A stretch of DNA of 64,000 bases, taken from Escherichia phage UPEC01. The stretch lies in sequence record MW233709; one strand, written 5' to 3'. Made by a program: the position numbers and the translations under genes. The stretch's first letter is position 1. Each line of letters begins with the position of its first letter. Below are positions 9,176 to 20,615 of the stretch, in pieces. The notes under the pieces were generated by a model, which searched no databases, was not told the DNA's origin, and saw nothing but the letters and a program-made list of their open reading frames with translations.

Positions 9176-12100
9176 TTATTTCAACAATGATTTAACTAAT
9201 TTTTTAAGCTCTTCAATCTCTGATTTAAGTTCTGCAATTTCTGCAGTATGCTCGTTGATTGCAGCTGTATTTAAACCAATTACACCGTTATAGTTCAAAC
9301 GAAGTAAAGCTTCACCATCCAGGTCGCCTTCAACTAATTCTGGTAAAATAGCTTGAACTTCTTGAGCTATCAAACCAGCGTTAGGTTCCCATTTCTGATT
9401 ACCTTCTTCATCTGTTCCACGTTTCTGCATATAAGTGTAACCGTTAATTTTAGAAAGCTTCTCAGAAGCATTTTCAAATTTAACGAGGTTCTTTTTAACA
9501 CGAATATCAGAGCGGACATAAACATCACGGACATACGTTGAATAGCTGTCATTCGCCTGAACTAAATGACCATGAGAAACGATAGCTCTTCCGGTTTCTG
9601 TCCAAAAAGCACCAGTTGAATCCCAAAGTCCAGGATGAGATTGATAGCCTGCGCCCCAGCTTGCAATATGTATACTATTGGCAACCATGTTAATTCGACC
9701 ATCACCACCGTGTGATAAGCCTGTATCGTTGTCACCGATGGCGATACTCGGAGTGCCAAGTCCGTTAACAGTACCAACACCGATTGCAGGAGTTTGAATC
9801 AAAGTAGGGCTATAGAATAGTCCAGACGAATGGAATTCAAAAATACCTACAGGCCCATCGCCGCGCTCGGCATTACCTACTCGAATTATAGCTTGTCCCC
9901 AGGCTTGTGGTGTACGTCTAATACCAAGGTCAACAGAAGTAGTATATCCTTGACCAGTAATTACAGAACGGCCTTTAATAATAGGATAATAACTATCTTC
10001 GCCAACGCTACCAAAATCAAGGAAATAAGGTGCTTCTAAGCCCCATTGGTCGCCCCACGCACCAGATTTACGCGCAACCCAGTGAGCACCGTTCATATGA
10101 ATTCGGTCACGGTTTATATTGAATATACTAGTGCCCTGTGGAGATAGAATAACTTCACCGTTAGGGTTGATATTAATACCGCCTTGAGATTGGAAACTCC
10201 AGAAGGCAAGTCCGTTATCAGCACCGCCATTACCGACATACCAGTTATCAGCACCACCTTTTTTACCCTTAACATAGCCCGCTTCATCTGCTGGATAATC
10301 AATAACAACAGCATCCGAGTTGGTTTTAAGAGTTAAACGTCCGGTCATCGTGTCGCCTTCTTTTGAAACACGAGTAGCTATTGCATCGCGAATATTTGTA
10401 GTGTCTCCTGCTGAAGTGAACGTTTTCCAGATATCAGAGAAGATGTTACCATTTTTAGCAATAGTAGCTTCACCACCACCAACCTGAACATTATCGGGGA
10501 AGTTAACTGTACCATCAGCATTAAATCTTGAGGTATGGGCTTGTGTTCCATCTTCTTTAAGATGATGAATAACGAATGTACCTGAATTAATTTCAGTACC
10601 TAAAGACCAAACAGCTTTACCGTTTAAAAACTTCTGTTTGACAATCGGATAATATTTACTTACAGCGTCATCATCAATTTCTTGGAAAATAGGAGCAGCC
10701 TGGCCGTATTGAATATCATATCCACCTGCGCCTGCGCCGTGTCCACCAAATTTAATAAAACCATTTTCAGCAAAAGTTGTATGGCTCAAATCTAGGTCCG
10801 GAATAACCACCTTACCAGTATCTAAAGCCAAACTAAACGGGCGAAGTGGACCGATGTCCCCGGTTTTACCCTCACCAAAGGCTGTTGGAATAATATGAAG
10901 ACTTCCTTCTGAACGACGGAAAATAGCGGCGTAATCGTCGTTCCAAATTCTAAGAGCATTGACCGCATTACCAGCAATAGTGCCGGAGACGTTAACTTCC
11001 TGACCGACATTTATACTTTCGTTTACGCCCAAAGTTCCATTTAAATGGCTTTGAATAGAACCTGAAGTCAGACGTTGATAATATTGAATCCAGCTAGTGT
11101 CATCAGATATTTCCATTACGTTTTTACGGTCGCCATCAACATTAGCAAAGGTATTACCCCAAACGCTGATAGTCATATTATCAACTGAACTATTTCCTGT
11201 AGTATTTCCTTTGAACAACAGAGTAGATGCATTGTTGCGGCCGTCGATATTAACCGAACCGCCGATAACATTAATATCACCTGGAGTAACTAACAATCCG
11301 CCAGCGGTGTTAACGTTTGTAGTGCCTTTACCACGGAAATAGTGGTGGTAATTACCGCCTTGGTAATAACCCAAAAGAGTTTGACCATCACCGTATGCGT
11401 TATTATCATGGTAAGTAACTACAGTTGCCAGAGCATAGTTTTCAGCCGGAGGAGTAGTCAAATCAGTACCATTTACAGAATAACCCATAACCATTTTTCT
11501 AAGACTAGTAGTTTCCGCCGGACCGGAAAGGAAAGTTTTTGTACCGTTGTTTACCGTAAAAAAATATCCATCTTGATGCCATTTAAATCCGGTGTCATTA
11601 TCACCGAGGGCAATTGAAGCTGTTCCTAATTCAGAATATCCTTTGGGGCCGCCTGGGGTGCCTATAGAAATGGAATGGCCCGCTTTCAATCCACCAGACC
11701 ATGTAAACGACCATAGATAGGCCTCTAACCCGTCGCCAGCGTACCAAGTTATTCCATCATTATCTTTAACTTCATGGAAAATACCAGCTCCTACCGCATT
11801 GCGCATCGAACGAAGATGGTTAATTGCTGTTTCGCTTTCGGTTAAAGGAGTGTTGTCAGCCATTGAATAGATATCATAATCACCATCTTTCTTAGCATTG
11901 GTAATAACTTTATCAGTCATAACTGTCGGCGATGAAATAGATTTCCAAGCATTAACTATAGGAGAGGTCAAAATACCATCACCGGAGAAAGAATAGCTGT
12001 GCTCACCGCCTGCTGCGTAATCTTGTACTCGAATATTAACTACCTGGGTTGTCAAACCGGCATTATTTGGAGAAAAGATAATCCCACGTTCACGGTCATT

Positions 12101-12478
12101 GCCATCAAAGAAACGAAGGTGCGAAGTAGAAGCGCTCTTAGAAATCAGTTCGCCACCTTCAGTCATTATCTGACCTGCTGCAATAATATCACGAGTTACA
12201 CGAGCAATTCCAGTTAAATTAAAATTACCTGTCTGGGTAAATGTGCCATTGATGGTATAATCACCGGTTTGATTATAATTGCCTTTATGAATAACGTTAC
12301 CATCGATATTGCCACCCTTAGCAAAACCAAGGTCAATAATAGCTCCGGTATCATCCTTTGTGAATAACAAGCGGTCTTTCAAGTTAATTGCGAGTTCACC
12401 TTCAGCCAATACAGTTGGGGTTGGGCGGACACCAGCAATTTTACTTCTTTTAAATTGTATTTGTTTTAAAGTAGCCAT
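9176..12478 (-). CDS. 37: long tail fibre distal subunit gp37 with C-terminal intramolecular-chaperone-like domain
   Basis: 1100 aa; N-terminus [17 protein letters not shown] identical to T4 gp37; C-terminal ~110 aa (DIRVKKN...[14 protein letters not shown]...[15 protein letters not shown]...[11 protein letters not shown]) resembles S74-type chaperone domains. Confidence 0.9.
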   Translation of the reverse strand: MATLKQIQFKRSKIAGVRPTPTVLAEGELAINLKDRLLFTKDDTGAIIDLGFAKGGNIDGNVIHKGNYNQTGDYTINGTFTQTGNFNLTGIARVTRDIIAAGQIMTEGGELISKSASTSHLRFFDGNDRERGIIFSPNNAGLTTQVVNIRVQDYAAGGEHSYSFSGDGILTSPIVNAWKSISSPTVMTDKVITNAKKDGDYDIYSMADNTPLTESETAINHLRSMRNAVGAGIFHEVKDNDGITWYAGDGLEAYLWSFTWSGGLKAGHSISIGTPGGPKGYSELGTASIALGDNDTGFKWHQDGYFFTVNNGTKTFLSGPAETTSLRKMVMGYSVNGTDLTTPPAENYALATVVTYHDNNAYGDGQTLLGYYQGGNYHHYFRGKGTTNVNTAGGLLVTPGDINVIGGSVNIDGRNNASTLLFKGNTTGNSSVDNMTISVWGNTFANVDGDRKNVMEISDDTSWIQYYQRLTSGSIQSHLNGTLGVNESINVGQEVNVSGTIAGNAVNALRIWNDDYAAIFRRSEGSLHIIPTAFGEGKTGDIGPLRPFSLALDTGKVVIPDLDLSHTTFAENGFIKFGGHGAGAGGYDIQYGQAAPIFQEIDDDAVSKYYPIVKQKFLNGKAVWSLGTEINSGTFVIHHLKEDGTQAHTSRFNADGTVNFPDNVQVGGGEATIAKNGNIFSDIWKTFTSAGDTTNIRDAIATRVSKEGDTMTGRLTLKTNSDAVVIDYPADEAGYVKGKKGGADNWYVGNGGADNGLAFWSFQSQGGININPNGEVILSPQGTSIFNINRDRIHMNGAHWVARKSGAWGDQWGLEAPYFLDFGSVGEDSYYPIIKGRSVITGQGYTTSVDLGIRRTPQAWGQAIIRVGNAERGDGPVGIFEFHSSGLFYSPTLIQTPAIGVGTVNGLGTPSIAIGDNDTGLSHGGDGRINMVANSIHIASWGAGYQSHPGLWDSTGAFWTETGRAIVSHGHLVQANDSYSTYVRDVYVRSDIRVKKNLVKFENASEKLSKINGYTYMQKRGTDEEGNQKWEPNAGLIAQEVQAILPELVEGDLDGEALLRLNYNGVIGLNTAAINEHTAEIAELKSEIEELKKLVKSLLK

Positions 12479-12486
12479 AATGCCTC

Positions 12487-13134
12487 TTAATAATATCCAA
12501 AGTCTTGTACGGAGTCTTTAAGAACGATTTGGTCAAAACGAGGCACGTGAGCCGGGTCTGATGCAGGGTTCCTAGAGAAAAAATTGGGCGCTGACAAGTT
12601 TCCTGTCATTGATTGTAATGTACTATTATTTAGTTCCACCTGTTGCTGGTTAGTTACGTTTCCTAAACCAACTTGAGCTTTCGACGGAGTGTTCCCTGGA
12701 GAAAATACACGACCCGAATCATCATAAACTTGACGAGCCAGCGTATCACCCATAACCGTGAATCTTTTGGCTCCGGTTGTAGTATCAGGGTCAAAAATAA
12801 TAAATGGCGTGCCTGTTTCGGTTTCGAAACCAAACGGACCTTTTATACGGAATGAAGCCGTAAATGGTGCACCACCAGTTCTTGCTCCCAACTTAATCCC
12901 ATAACCATTTGTATCGTTAAAGGTCAGACCTTGTTCGAAATATACGTTTGCTTTATAATTACCACCAAGAGCCTTTGAAACGAAATCGTTATCTACTGCC
13001 TGCGGCTTATTATATTCGGAATAAATTTTATAAGTTTTGTAATATACATCATTACTAACTGGTGTTAAAGGGAAATTACCCTGATGCCAAAGGACTGAAC
13101 CTCCAGCGGTTGAACCTAATTTTAAATCAGCCAT
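12487..13134 (-). CDS. 36: long tail fibre hinge protein gp36
   Basis: 215 aa, between genes 35 and 37 (T4 gp36 221 aa). Confidence 0.8.
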   Translation of the reverse strand: MADLKLGSTAGGSVLWHQGNFPLTPVSNDVYYKTYKIYSEYNKPQAVDNDFVSKALGGNYKANVYFEQGLTFNDTNGYGIKLGARTGGAPFTASFRIKGPFGFETETGTPFIIFDPDTTTGAKRFTVMGDTLARQVYDDSGRVFSPGNTPSKAQVGLGNVTNQQQVELNNSTLQSMTGNLSAPNFFSRNPASDPAHVPRFDQIVLKDSVQDFGYY

Positions 13135-13170
13135 TTCAAATCCTCTTCGGTCAGCTTATTCATTATTCAA

Positions 13171-13178
13171 TATTTATA
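13171..13178 (-). promoter_or_regulatory. late promoter for gene 36
   Basis: TATAAATA on - strand between gene 35 terminator and gene 36 start. Confidence 0.6.
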
Positions 13179-13180
13179 AC

Positions 13181-13203
13181 GAAAAAAGGACCCGAAGGTC
13201 CTT
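13181..13203 (-). terminator. intrinsic terminator after gene 35
   Basis: GGACC-TTCG-GGTCC hairpin followed by T-run on - strand. Confidence 0.65.
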
Positions 13204-14332
13204 ATTGTTTTTCTCGAAGTTCGGCTGCATAAATCTTGCCTGCACGTGGAGCTTGTGCATCCGGGAATGTTACAATTGTATTGCCTGTATTTGTTGCATC
13301 GTTTGCATATGACATCCTTATGCCGTTGACACCAAATTCAGCTGGTTTGAACGCTGAGTCACCTCTGGTTATCTCACCAATAACAATATTACGTATTGAC
13401 CCTGTTCCAGTAGCTACAGTTCTTGATGTTACTACCGTAAAGCCATCAGCTCCTGCTGGAATCTCGACATATCTTTCAAAACTCGCCCATGCACCAGCTG
13501 GAACGTTTGTTGCAATATCGATGTTTGTATTTGATATAGGAGAAGTGCTAGGGCTTTTAAAGAATCGAACCGAAGTCCTTACAGTCCCGGCGGCTTTCAG
13601 AGCAGCATCAAATGACATCTGAAACTTCAGATAAAGCATATCCAAAGGCAAAAGGTTATAGCCAGTCATAGGAGTCACCAGGTCCTCTGTGGGGAACCTT
13701 TTAATTGTGGTTGGTGTTCCATCACCTGTTGATGAATACGTGCTCTCGTCTTCCGTTATGCGCACAGGATAGCCTGTTGCTCCTATATCACTAAAGGTAT
13801 CATAAACAACTTCGAGCGGTGTTGAAACATCTTCAACCAACTTCCCGTCATTATACTTAACGTGCTCCGAAACAATTACGTTCCTGCCAGTTATGTAAAA
13901 AGCCGAGTATGATGTGTCAACTTTATCAATCAACCATTTCTCGGGGAATGCTTTTGACCCCTTTAATCGCATCCAGTCAATTAATGTCTGTGAAGCGTTT
14001 AGTTTCCCAGAAGAAATAAAAGCAATCAATCTTCCGGCTGGAACAGATTCCACAAAGGTAATTAATGCCTGACTGATTGCATCATGTGTGCTAGTTAATG
14101 AATAGTTTTTCGTGTTAACAATTTTATTCGTAGTTGTATCAATTTCCAATAGAGTCAGACCATTACCAAAAGTAGTTGGTCCAATTCGTTCATCCTGAAA
14201 TTTGATATACGATTTCACCGTGGAAAGAGTACAGCTCCCTGCTATACTCATTTTAAATTTAACGGCATTATTTTCTGATATAACTGGCGTTTGGACGTAT
14301 CCTTGTCCAAACTCTGCCATAAATTTTTCCAT
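13202..14332 (-). CDS. 35: long tail fibre hinge connector gp35
   Basis: 376 aa, between genes 34 and 36 (T4 gp35 372 aa). Confidence 0.8.
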   Translation of the reverse strand: MEKFMAEFGQGYVQTPVISENNAVKFKMSIAGSCTLSTVKSYIKFQDERIGPTTFGNGLTLLEIDTTTNKIVNTKNYSLTSTHDAISQALITFVESVPAGRLIAFISSGKLNASQTLIDWMRLKGSKAFPEKWLIDKVDTSYSAFYITGRNVIVSEHVKYNDGKLVEDVSTPLEVVYDTFSDIGATGYPVRITEDESTYSSTGDGTPTTIKRFPTEDLVTPMTGYNLLPLDMLYLKFQMSFDAALKAAGTVRTSVRFFKSPSTSPISNTNIDIATNVPAGAWASFERYVEIPAGADGFTVVTSRTVATGTGSIRNIVIGEITRGDSAFKPAEFGVNGIRMSYANDATNTGNTIVTFPDAQAPRAGKIYAAELREKQ

Positions 14333-14340
14333 ATTACCTC

Positions 14341-17300
14341 TTATTCAATCCATTCAAACTTAACGGATTTAGTGGTCGGGTCTGGGATGATACGCACGTT
14401 ACCGATACGCAACCAATCAAGAATGGTTAAGTTCCCCATCGTTGTGTTGTCAGCCGGTAATGCACCAACATCCTCTGCAGACGGAGGGTTATCCGCGGTA
14501 TAAACCATTGCGAAAGTCGTCCATGCTGATTTATTTTTCTGCCATGTACGAGTATAACGAATAGTACCACCGTTCAATCCAGTTGGATAACAAACCCAAT
14601 CTTGATAGCACGAATCCAGCGTATTACCAAACTGAGTTAATGTACCAGGATATTTAATTTGTTTATCACGAACAGAATAGTCAAACCATGTACCACGAAG
14701 TTTTTGCCCAGAACTACCCAAAACCTCATCGCCGAAAGAACCATCATCCAAACGATAACGAATAGCAGGAGAAGCAAAAGTTCCGTTTTCGGTTAACCAA
14801 CCAGAGGCATTCCAAACTTCATCAGTCACCCCAGCAGGTTTGGTTTGAACTGTATCAATGTTTACCTGACGTTTTAACTTCATTGTCCAATAGCCAGGGA
14901 ACTGACTATAAGTCGGTTCATCATTAATATCAACAGACCAGAAGCCGACAGTATCAGCAGTTGGGGCTTGTGCGATAAGACTTGGTTTCGTACCGAATAC
15001 ACGGACCGGAGCATTCACACGGAGCACACCAGACATTGTATCGCCCGCTTGGTTAACAAAGTTTCTATCAACAATCTCAACAGCGTTTTTCTCGGTCAGG
15101 ACTTTAAATGCACCGCCACCATTTGCTATGATATTACCAGCATCAAGAGTTTTGAGCACCAAATTCTGCGAGTTATCACCCAGGGCTAGAGTTGCGCCAG
15201 AAGCTTCACCCGTCGTGGTTGCAATAGTACGACCATTTAGAACGTAATTATTTTTGGCTTGAACATCGTTTCCGGCACTAAGGTTGTTCAGTACAGCAAC
15301 ATTACCCGAGGCGGTGTTTAATGTCAATACGTTAGTCGTATCACCAATAGTCATTGTCGTTCCGGTGGAAGGAGCAGTGATTTTCCACTTGTTAGTTCCA
15401 TTAACAACATTCACAGTTCCGAACGTCGAAGTACCAGCCGTTACATCAGTAAACACCGCAGTGCTCGTCGATACAACCGGAGCAGAGATATTTGTCTGCT
15501 TAGTAAGGGTTAATACACCTTCAACAGTCTGAGCAATATCACGACGAATAAACTGGGTCGAATCGAGGTTATCCAGTTTTTCAGCATTAACAGCCATCGC
15601 ATTTATCGGTAAGAAGTTTTGCAATACGCGGTTTAATTCGTAAGGCGAAACTGCATATCCAGATTTCGCATAGCTAACCAGTTTACTTGGGTCCGGGGTA
15701 TATACACCACCCTCATATGTAAATCCTGCACCGGTCGTTGTAGTTGCGGCCGAAGTAGCTGTGCCAGAAGATAAACGAACAAATCCGCGCAGTGTTTCAG
15801 ATGCTTCCCAAGTTGTTTCTGTTTGTGCAATATATTTCAGCGCAGACGGACTGATGGCCAAGACTTTTGATGTGCCTGCTGTTGCTTCTGCGTTTGTCGC
15901 GATGCGAACAATACCTTCGGCATTTTCAGTAGCTTTTTTCGACATCAATTTAAGCGGGGTAACGATTGTTTTATCGTCAGTGCCGGTATTGACTTCACCC
16001 TGAGTTGCTAATCTTGCTGTACCACGTTGAGTCTCATTTGCTTCAAGAATATTCAGGCTATAATGGTCCCAGAGCGTCCCTGTTTCTACTAAACCACTTA
16101 ATGCATTAACAGAAGTACGAGCAGTATTATTAAATCTAGTTTTAATTTTTAATGGAGTTGAGATACGAGTATCATCAGTTCCAGTATCAAATTCTGATTG
16201 CGTAGCAATCTCGGCTATGCCGGTTAACGTTTCTGATGCTTTACGGTCATTTAACGTTTTAGGAGTCACAGCTCTGGTATAATCGGTTCCTGCATTTGTT
16301 TCTGTCTGAGTGGCAATCTCGATTAAACCAATACGAGAATCAAGAGCTGTTTTACGATGCAACATCTCCGGAGTAACAACAGCGTTTGACCAGCCAGCTT
16401 GTGATGTACCTGCAATTACTTCACTTTCAACGGCCAGAATAACTGCGCCCTGTTGAGTGTAAGTAGCTTTGTATTGGTCAAGAGCTTTCGGAGAAATTAC
16501 CAGATTAGTGGTATTCTTATTATAAACGTTTGTACCATTTAATTCACGCGAAGCAGCTGGAGTTGCACCAGTGGTCGGGACGTAAGTCACGATACCGGAC
16601 AGCGATTCTGAGCCCTGACGCGCTTGCAGTTTCTTTGGAGTGATAATTGTGGTATCATCTACACCTGCATCAGTTTCTTGCTGTGTGGCGAGTTCTGCGA
16701 GCCCACGTCTCGTTTCTGTTGCCGTACGTTCATTGAGTTTTTTCGGAGAAATAATTACATCGTCAACAAATGCAAAATCACTGTTCTGATTTACCTGGGC
16801 AGTCGTTGCGATTCTGGCAATGCCTCGTTGGTTCTCTTTAGCAACACGGTTGGCCAAAGTCTGAGGAGTAATTGCTAGTTCTTTTTCTGGGTTATTTTCA
16901 TGGTCAACGTTTGCCTGAGTCTGGTTTGCCAGGGCAATAACACCAAGACGAGCACGCGTGGAATCATTTAATGAGTCAACTCGTTCAACAGTCGGAACGT
17001 TTTGAGCAACAACCCAATAACTTGTTCCAGACACTTTATCTTCTGCATAAGACAATTCAATAACCGGAGTATAACTGATGTCACCATTAAAGGTCAATGA
17101 ATCAACAAATACCCAAGTTGTATCTGGTGGATACTCGGAGCGTTTAGGGAATTGCAACAATTTAATGTCGGATGCAATCTTATCACCAGCAGCAGCTCTT
17201 ATATTAACAGTCTGTGATTTGCGGAGATAGTTCAGTGCAATTTTAACAATGTCACCTTGCAAAACATCCGTTGGCAAATCGATATTAATCGTCGCTGGAG

Positions 17301-18297
17301 TTGAGTTATCTTCACCAAATACAATGACACTTTCGTTCGGTAAAAGTTTAACGTTATCACGAATAACGCGAAGACGAGTTTTAAAATCACCGTCCCAAAC
17401 ATACCAAAGTTTTTCGGCGGCATTATAAACAAAGAAGCCATCACCTGTGGTGCGGAATTCCATTTGATGCTGTCCAGCTTTACCAAGACTGGAACTGGAG
17501 TCAAAGGTTTCAACCATCAGGTGGAATGTTGGTCCCAGGCCATCGATATCAACAGATTTGACAATATCACCCTGATTCGCATACTTAGGAAGAATGAAAG
17601 TAATCGGTGCACCAGTTGTATAACGACGCATAATAAAGTCGCCGGCTTGTGCATGGAAACGACCAGTTGATGGTTCTACTCTGATGCCACGTTCTTCGTT
17701 GCCAGCTTCCCAAAATTGCCATAAGCGGTTTGAAAAGATAAGCATGTTATAAGAGAATGGTTTGGTAATTAAAACTTCTGAATACTGATTACCAAAACGA
17801 ACAATCTTTTGGTTACCGCCGCCTGGTACGTTGCTTGACTGCACTTTAATTTCGTTGTAACCAACATTGCCGCCGATATCTTTAATAACGATGGTATCGC
17901 CATCGACCGGGTTTGTAGGTAATGTAAATGTGGTAAAGCTTGCAGCTGAGTCGACTGCGATAAATTCACCGGAGCTAAGCTGACGAGTTGGAGATGCAAC
18001 AGTTTCCCATTTAGGGTCAGTACGAGTTGCCAACCAATACTGAGGGGTAAATGCTCCTGCTGGAGCATCAATATCACGTTGAGCAACCCAAATACGGTTA
18101 TCATTAATAACTGCGAAGTTCTTTTTGTATCCACGCGTTGCATCATATTGTTGAACTGTGTTTTCTTCTATAAAGAAATCTACGTTAACGCCGTCTGACA
18201 AAACTGAGTAATCAGCTTTCGCGACATTAATGACTTTCTCACCAGCAGCATCGAGACCGGATGTTGCTCTGAATGCTGGTTTTAAAATATCGGCCAT
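14341..18297 (-). CDS. 34: long tail fibre proximal subunit gp34
   Basis: 1318 aa; long conserved blocks (QENTVQQYD.TRGY, IFSNRLWQ, PTVERVDSLNDSTRARLGVIALA, C-terminal RYTRTWQK.K.AWTTF...VKFEW.E) match T4 gp34. Confidence 0.9.
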   Translation of the reverse strand: MADILKPAFRATSGLDAAGEKVINVAKADYSVLSDGVNVDFFIEENTVQQYDATRGYKKNFAVINDNRIWVAQRDIDAPAGAFTPQYWLATRTDPKWETVASPTRQLSSGEFIAVDSAASFTTFTLPTNPVDGDTIVIKDIGGNVGYNEIKVQSSNVPGGGNQKIVRFGNQYSEVLITKPFSYNMLIFSNRLWQFWEAGNEERGIRVEPSTGRFHAQAGDFIMRRYTTGAPITFILPKYANQGDIVKSVDIDGLGPTFHLMVETFDSSSSLGKAGQHQMEFRTTGDGFFVYNAAEKLWYVWDGDFKTRLRVIRDNVKLLPNESVIVFGEDNSTPATINIDLPTDVLQGDIVKIALNYLRKSQTVNIRAAAGDKIASDIKLLQFPKRSEYPPDTTWVFVDSLTFNGDISYTPVIELSYAEDKVSGTSYWVVAQNVPTVERVDSLNDSTRARLGVIALANQTQANVDHENNPEKELAITPQTLANRVAKENQRGIARIATTAQVNQNSDFAFVDDVIISPKKLNERTATETRRGLAELATQQETDAGVDDTTIITPKKLQARQGSESLSGIVTYVPTTGATPAASRELNGTNVYNKNTTNLVISPKALDQYKATYTQQGAVILAVESEVIAGTSQAGWSNAVVTPEMLHRKTALDSRIGLIEIATQTETNAGTDYTRAVTPKTLNDRKASETLTGIAEIATQSEFDTGTDDTRISTPLKIKTRFNNTARTSVNALSGLVETGTLWDHYSLNILEANETQRGTARLATQGEVNTGTDDKTIVTPLKLMSKKATENAEGIVRIATNAEATAGTSKVLAISPSALKYIAQTETTWEASETLRGFVRLSSGTATSAATTTTGAGFTYEGGVYTPDPSKLVSYAKSGYAVSPYELNRVLQNFLPINAMAVNAEKLDNLDSTQFIRRDIAQTVEGVLTLTKQTNISAPVVSTSTAVFTDVTAGTSTFGTVNVVNGTNKWKITAPSTGTTMTIGDTTNVLTLNTASGNVAVLNNLSAGNDVQAKNNYVLNGRTIATTTGEASGATLALGDNSQNLVLKTLDAGNIIANGGGAFKVLTEKNAVEIVDRNFVNQAGDTMSGVLRVNAPVRVFGTKPSLIAQAPTADTVGFWSVDINDEPTYSQFPGYWTMKLKRQVNIDTVQTKPAGVTDEVWNASGWLTENGTFASPAIRYRLDDGSFGDEVLGSSGQKLRGTWFDYSVRDKQIKYPGTLTQFGNTLDSCYQDWVCYPTGLNGGTIRYTRTWQKNKSAWTTFAMVYTADNPPSAEDVGALPADNTTMGNLTILDWLRIGNVRIIPDPTTKSVKFEWIE

Positions 18298-18328
18298 GTG
18301 CTTTATCCTTATTGATTTGGTATATGTG

Positions 18329-18336
18329 TATTTATA
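18329..18336 (-). promoter_or_regulatory. late promoter for gene 34
   Basis: TATAAATA on - strand 32 nt upstream of gene 34 start. Confidence 0.6.
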
Positions 18337-18337
18337 T

Positions 18338-18365
18338 TGCTTTAAAATTTTTATGCTAATATAAT
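18338..18365 (+). promoter_or_regulatory. promoter upstream of rnh (sigma70-like or middle)
   Basis: TTGCTT, 17-bp spacer, TATAAT. Confidence 0.45.
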
Positions 18366-18393
18366 CGAGTCAACTAATTGAACAGAGGTTCAT

Positions 18394-19338
18394 ATGAATT
18401 TAGATTTTTTACTCCCTGAAGAAGACCGTCAAAAAGAAGGTTTTCAGTTACTCGATTTTAGTCAGCTCATCATGGCTGCAGCCTTCCAGGAATTCGGCAA
18501 AGACGCTGGTTATCCAAAGGTAACAACCGCAATGACCCGGCACCTGGTTCTGAACTCCATCAGAAAAAATATTGTGCAGTTCAAGAAGCTCGGTTATACG
18601 ATTCCAATTATTTGTGTTGATAACTCGAAGAATGGCTATTGGCGCCGGACGAAATCTTATTATTATAAGAAAAACCGTGCGAAAGCTCGTGAAGAGTCTC
18701 AATTCGATTGGGAAGGTCTACATGCTGCCATGCACATCATCATCGATGAAATGGAAAAACATATGCCTTACATCGTGATGAATATAGATAAAGTCGAGGC
18801 TGATGACCATATTGCGGTATTAACGAAGTTGCTCACCGGTCTAGGGCATCCGGTTATGATTGTTTCTTCGGATGGTGACTTTACCCAGTTGCATAAATTC
18901 CCTGGGGTAAAACAATGGTCCCCGATGCAGAAAAAATATGTAAAAACAAAATCTGGCGATGCCCTTATGGATTGCGTAACAAAAGTTGTTAAAGGCGACA
19001 AAAAAGATAACGTGTCAAGCATCAAAGTTCGTGGTGATTTTTATTACACTCACGAAGAAGGTGAACGTACTCCACCGACCCGTGCTGCTGAGCTTGAACA
19101 AATTGCGCTCAACTATTACGACCACGACGTCTTGAAAACGCTTTTAACAGAAGAGCAATATAATAGATTCTGTGAAAACCAATTGCTGATTGATATGGAC
19201 TTTATCCCAACGGAAATATCCGCTTCAATCTTAGAACGATATAATAACTACGTTATTCCAGCAAAAAGTAAAGTTTATCCTTACTTTGTTAAGTCTGGTC
19301 TGTCTAAACTAACTGCAAATATTGCTGAATTTTATTAA
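18394..19338 (+). CDS. rnh: RNase H (5-prime to 3-prime exonuclease)
   Basis: 314 aa; GYWRR..YYYKKNR.KAREES.WDWEG, SSDGDFTQLHK, KGDKKDNV.S.KVR match T4 RNase H. Confidence 0.9.
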   Translation: MNLDFLLPEEDRQKEGFQLLDFSQLIMAAAFQEFGKDAGYPKVTTAMTRHLVLNSIRKNIVQFKKLGYTIPIICVDNSKNGYWRRTKSYYYKKNRAKAREESQFDWEGLHAAMHIIIDEMEKHMPYIVMNIDKVEADDHIAVLTKLLTGLGHPVMIVSSDGDFTQLHKFPGVKQWSPMQKKYVKTKSGDALMDCVTKVVKGDKKDNVSSIKVRGDFYYTHEEGERTPPTRAAELEQIALNYYDHDVLKTLLTEEQYNRFCENQLLIDMDFIPTEISASILERYNNYVIPAKSKVYPYFVKSGLSKLTANIAEFY

Positions 19339-19346
19339 GGTATATT

Positions 19347-19616
19347 ATGAAAGAGAAAAAAGTGAAAGTTGAATTTTGTCCTGATACCCACGGCGCTGAA
19401 CTGGCCAAGCTGATTAAAGCTGCTTCCGATACTAAATTAAAAATGGAAGCATACGCGGACGAAATTAAAGACCTTAAAGATAAGGCAAAAACTGAATTAG
19501 GTGTTGACGGCAAGATGTTCAATACGCAGCTCGGCCTGTATCATAAAGGCACTCGTGAACGTTTTGAAGATGAAAAAACCGAAGCTGTGGAGCTCTATGA
19601 TGTCCTCTTTAGTTAA
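19347..19616 (+). CDS. dsbA: dsDNA-binding protein DsbA
   Basis: 89 aa basic protein between rnh and gene 33 (T4 DsbA 89 aa). Confidence 0.8.
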   Translation: MKEKKVKVEFCPDTHGAELAKLIKAASDTKLKMEAYADEIKDLKDKAKTELGVDGKMFNTQLGLYHKGTRERFEDEKTEAVELYDVLFS

Positions 19617-19890
19617 TTTCGATACACAGAAAACTGAATCGCCTTCCGGGGCGATTAGTAAACAGCAAAACGGGCTTGATATTGAAGCCATGGTTGAGTC
19701 AACTGAAATGTCTTATCTGGAAGCTACGACTGCCTGGTTGGAAGAACGTGGTGTTCCTGAGGGTAATTTTGCTCGATATATCCCGGCAGGAATCATTGAT
19801 AAGATTATGAACGAAGCATATGATGATAACTTGCTTCGTCCGAGTATGTCTCGTACACAGAAAACTAATACGCTGGACTTTTTGTTATGA
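19597..19890 (+). CDS. 33: late promoter transcription accessory protein gp33
   Basis: ATG at 19597 overlapping dsbA 3-prime end; KIMNEA....LLRPSM.R..KTN.LDFL matches T4 gp33 C-terminus. Confidence 0.75.
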   Translation: MMSSLVNFDTQKTESPSGAISKQQNGLDIEAMVESTEMSYLEATTAWLEERGVPEGNFARYIPAGIIDKIMNEAYDDNLLRPSMSRTQKTNTLDFLL

Positions 19891-20555
19891 TTACGATTCG
19901 CATGCCTCCAAATAACAACCGATATATAAATGGTAAATCAGTATACCAACTGTACTTATCCATCAAACAGCATTTTTCGGGTCGTTATGATATTATCAAA
20001 TATAACTGGACCATGCGAATCTCCGATAGTGCTTATCAAAAACGTCGCGATAAGTATTTTTTCGAAAAGCTTAGCGATAAGTACACTCTCAAAGAATTAA
20101 CGTTAATATTCATGTCAAACCTGGTTGCGAACCAGGATGCATGGATAGGCGATATAAGTGATGCCGATGCTCTGATATTTTATAGAGAATACATTGGTAG
20201 ACTTAAAAGAATTAGACAAGTATACGAAGATGATATAAAGAACATCTATTACTTCAGTAAGAAAGTCGAAGTCAAATCGCTCCAAGAGATTTTCGAGTAT
20301 AATACTAAAGTGAACACAAGTTATATTTTCAAACTTCTCCAATCGAATGTTATCTCATTTGAAACGTTTTGTTTGCTTGATTCATTTTTAGGTATTATAA
20401 ATAAACATGATGAACAGACTAACGACTTGGTTTGGGAAAAGTATTCAACCAAACTAAATGCCTATAAGAAAATCTTAAATATAGATTCTCTTGAAGCTCG
20501 TAAATTGTTCATCGAGACCGTTAAAAACTGTCAAATAACGCTTCAATCACTTTGA
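19887..20555 (+). CDS. 59: helicase loader gp59
   Basis: 222 aa; near-identity blocks to T4 gp59 (YI.GKSVY.LYL.IKQH, KRRDKYFF.KLS.KY.LKEL, NLVANQDAWIGDISDADAL.FYREYIGRLK, SYIFKLLQSN.ISFETF). Confidence 0.9.
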   Translation: MITIRMPPNNNRYINGKSVYQLYLSIKQHFSGRYDIIKYNWTMRISDSAYQKRRDKYFFEKLSDKYTLKELTLIFMSNLVANQDAWIGDISDADALIFYREYIGRLKRIRQVYEDDIKNIYYFSKKVEVKSLQEIFEYNTKVNTSYIFKLLQSNVISFETFCLLDSFLGIINKHDEQTNDLVWEKYSTKLNAYKKILNIDSLEARKLFIETVKNCQITLQSL

Positions 20556-20615
20556 AGTATAATTAATACGTAATCAAAACAACTGCTAAAAATCAAATAA
20601 TCTAAGGAAAATCAT

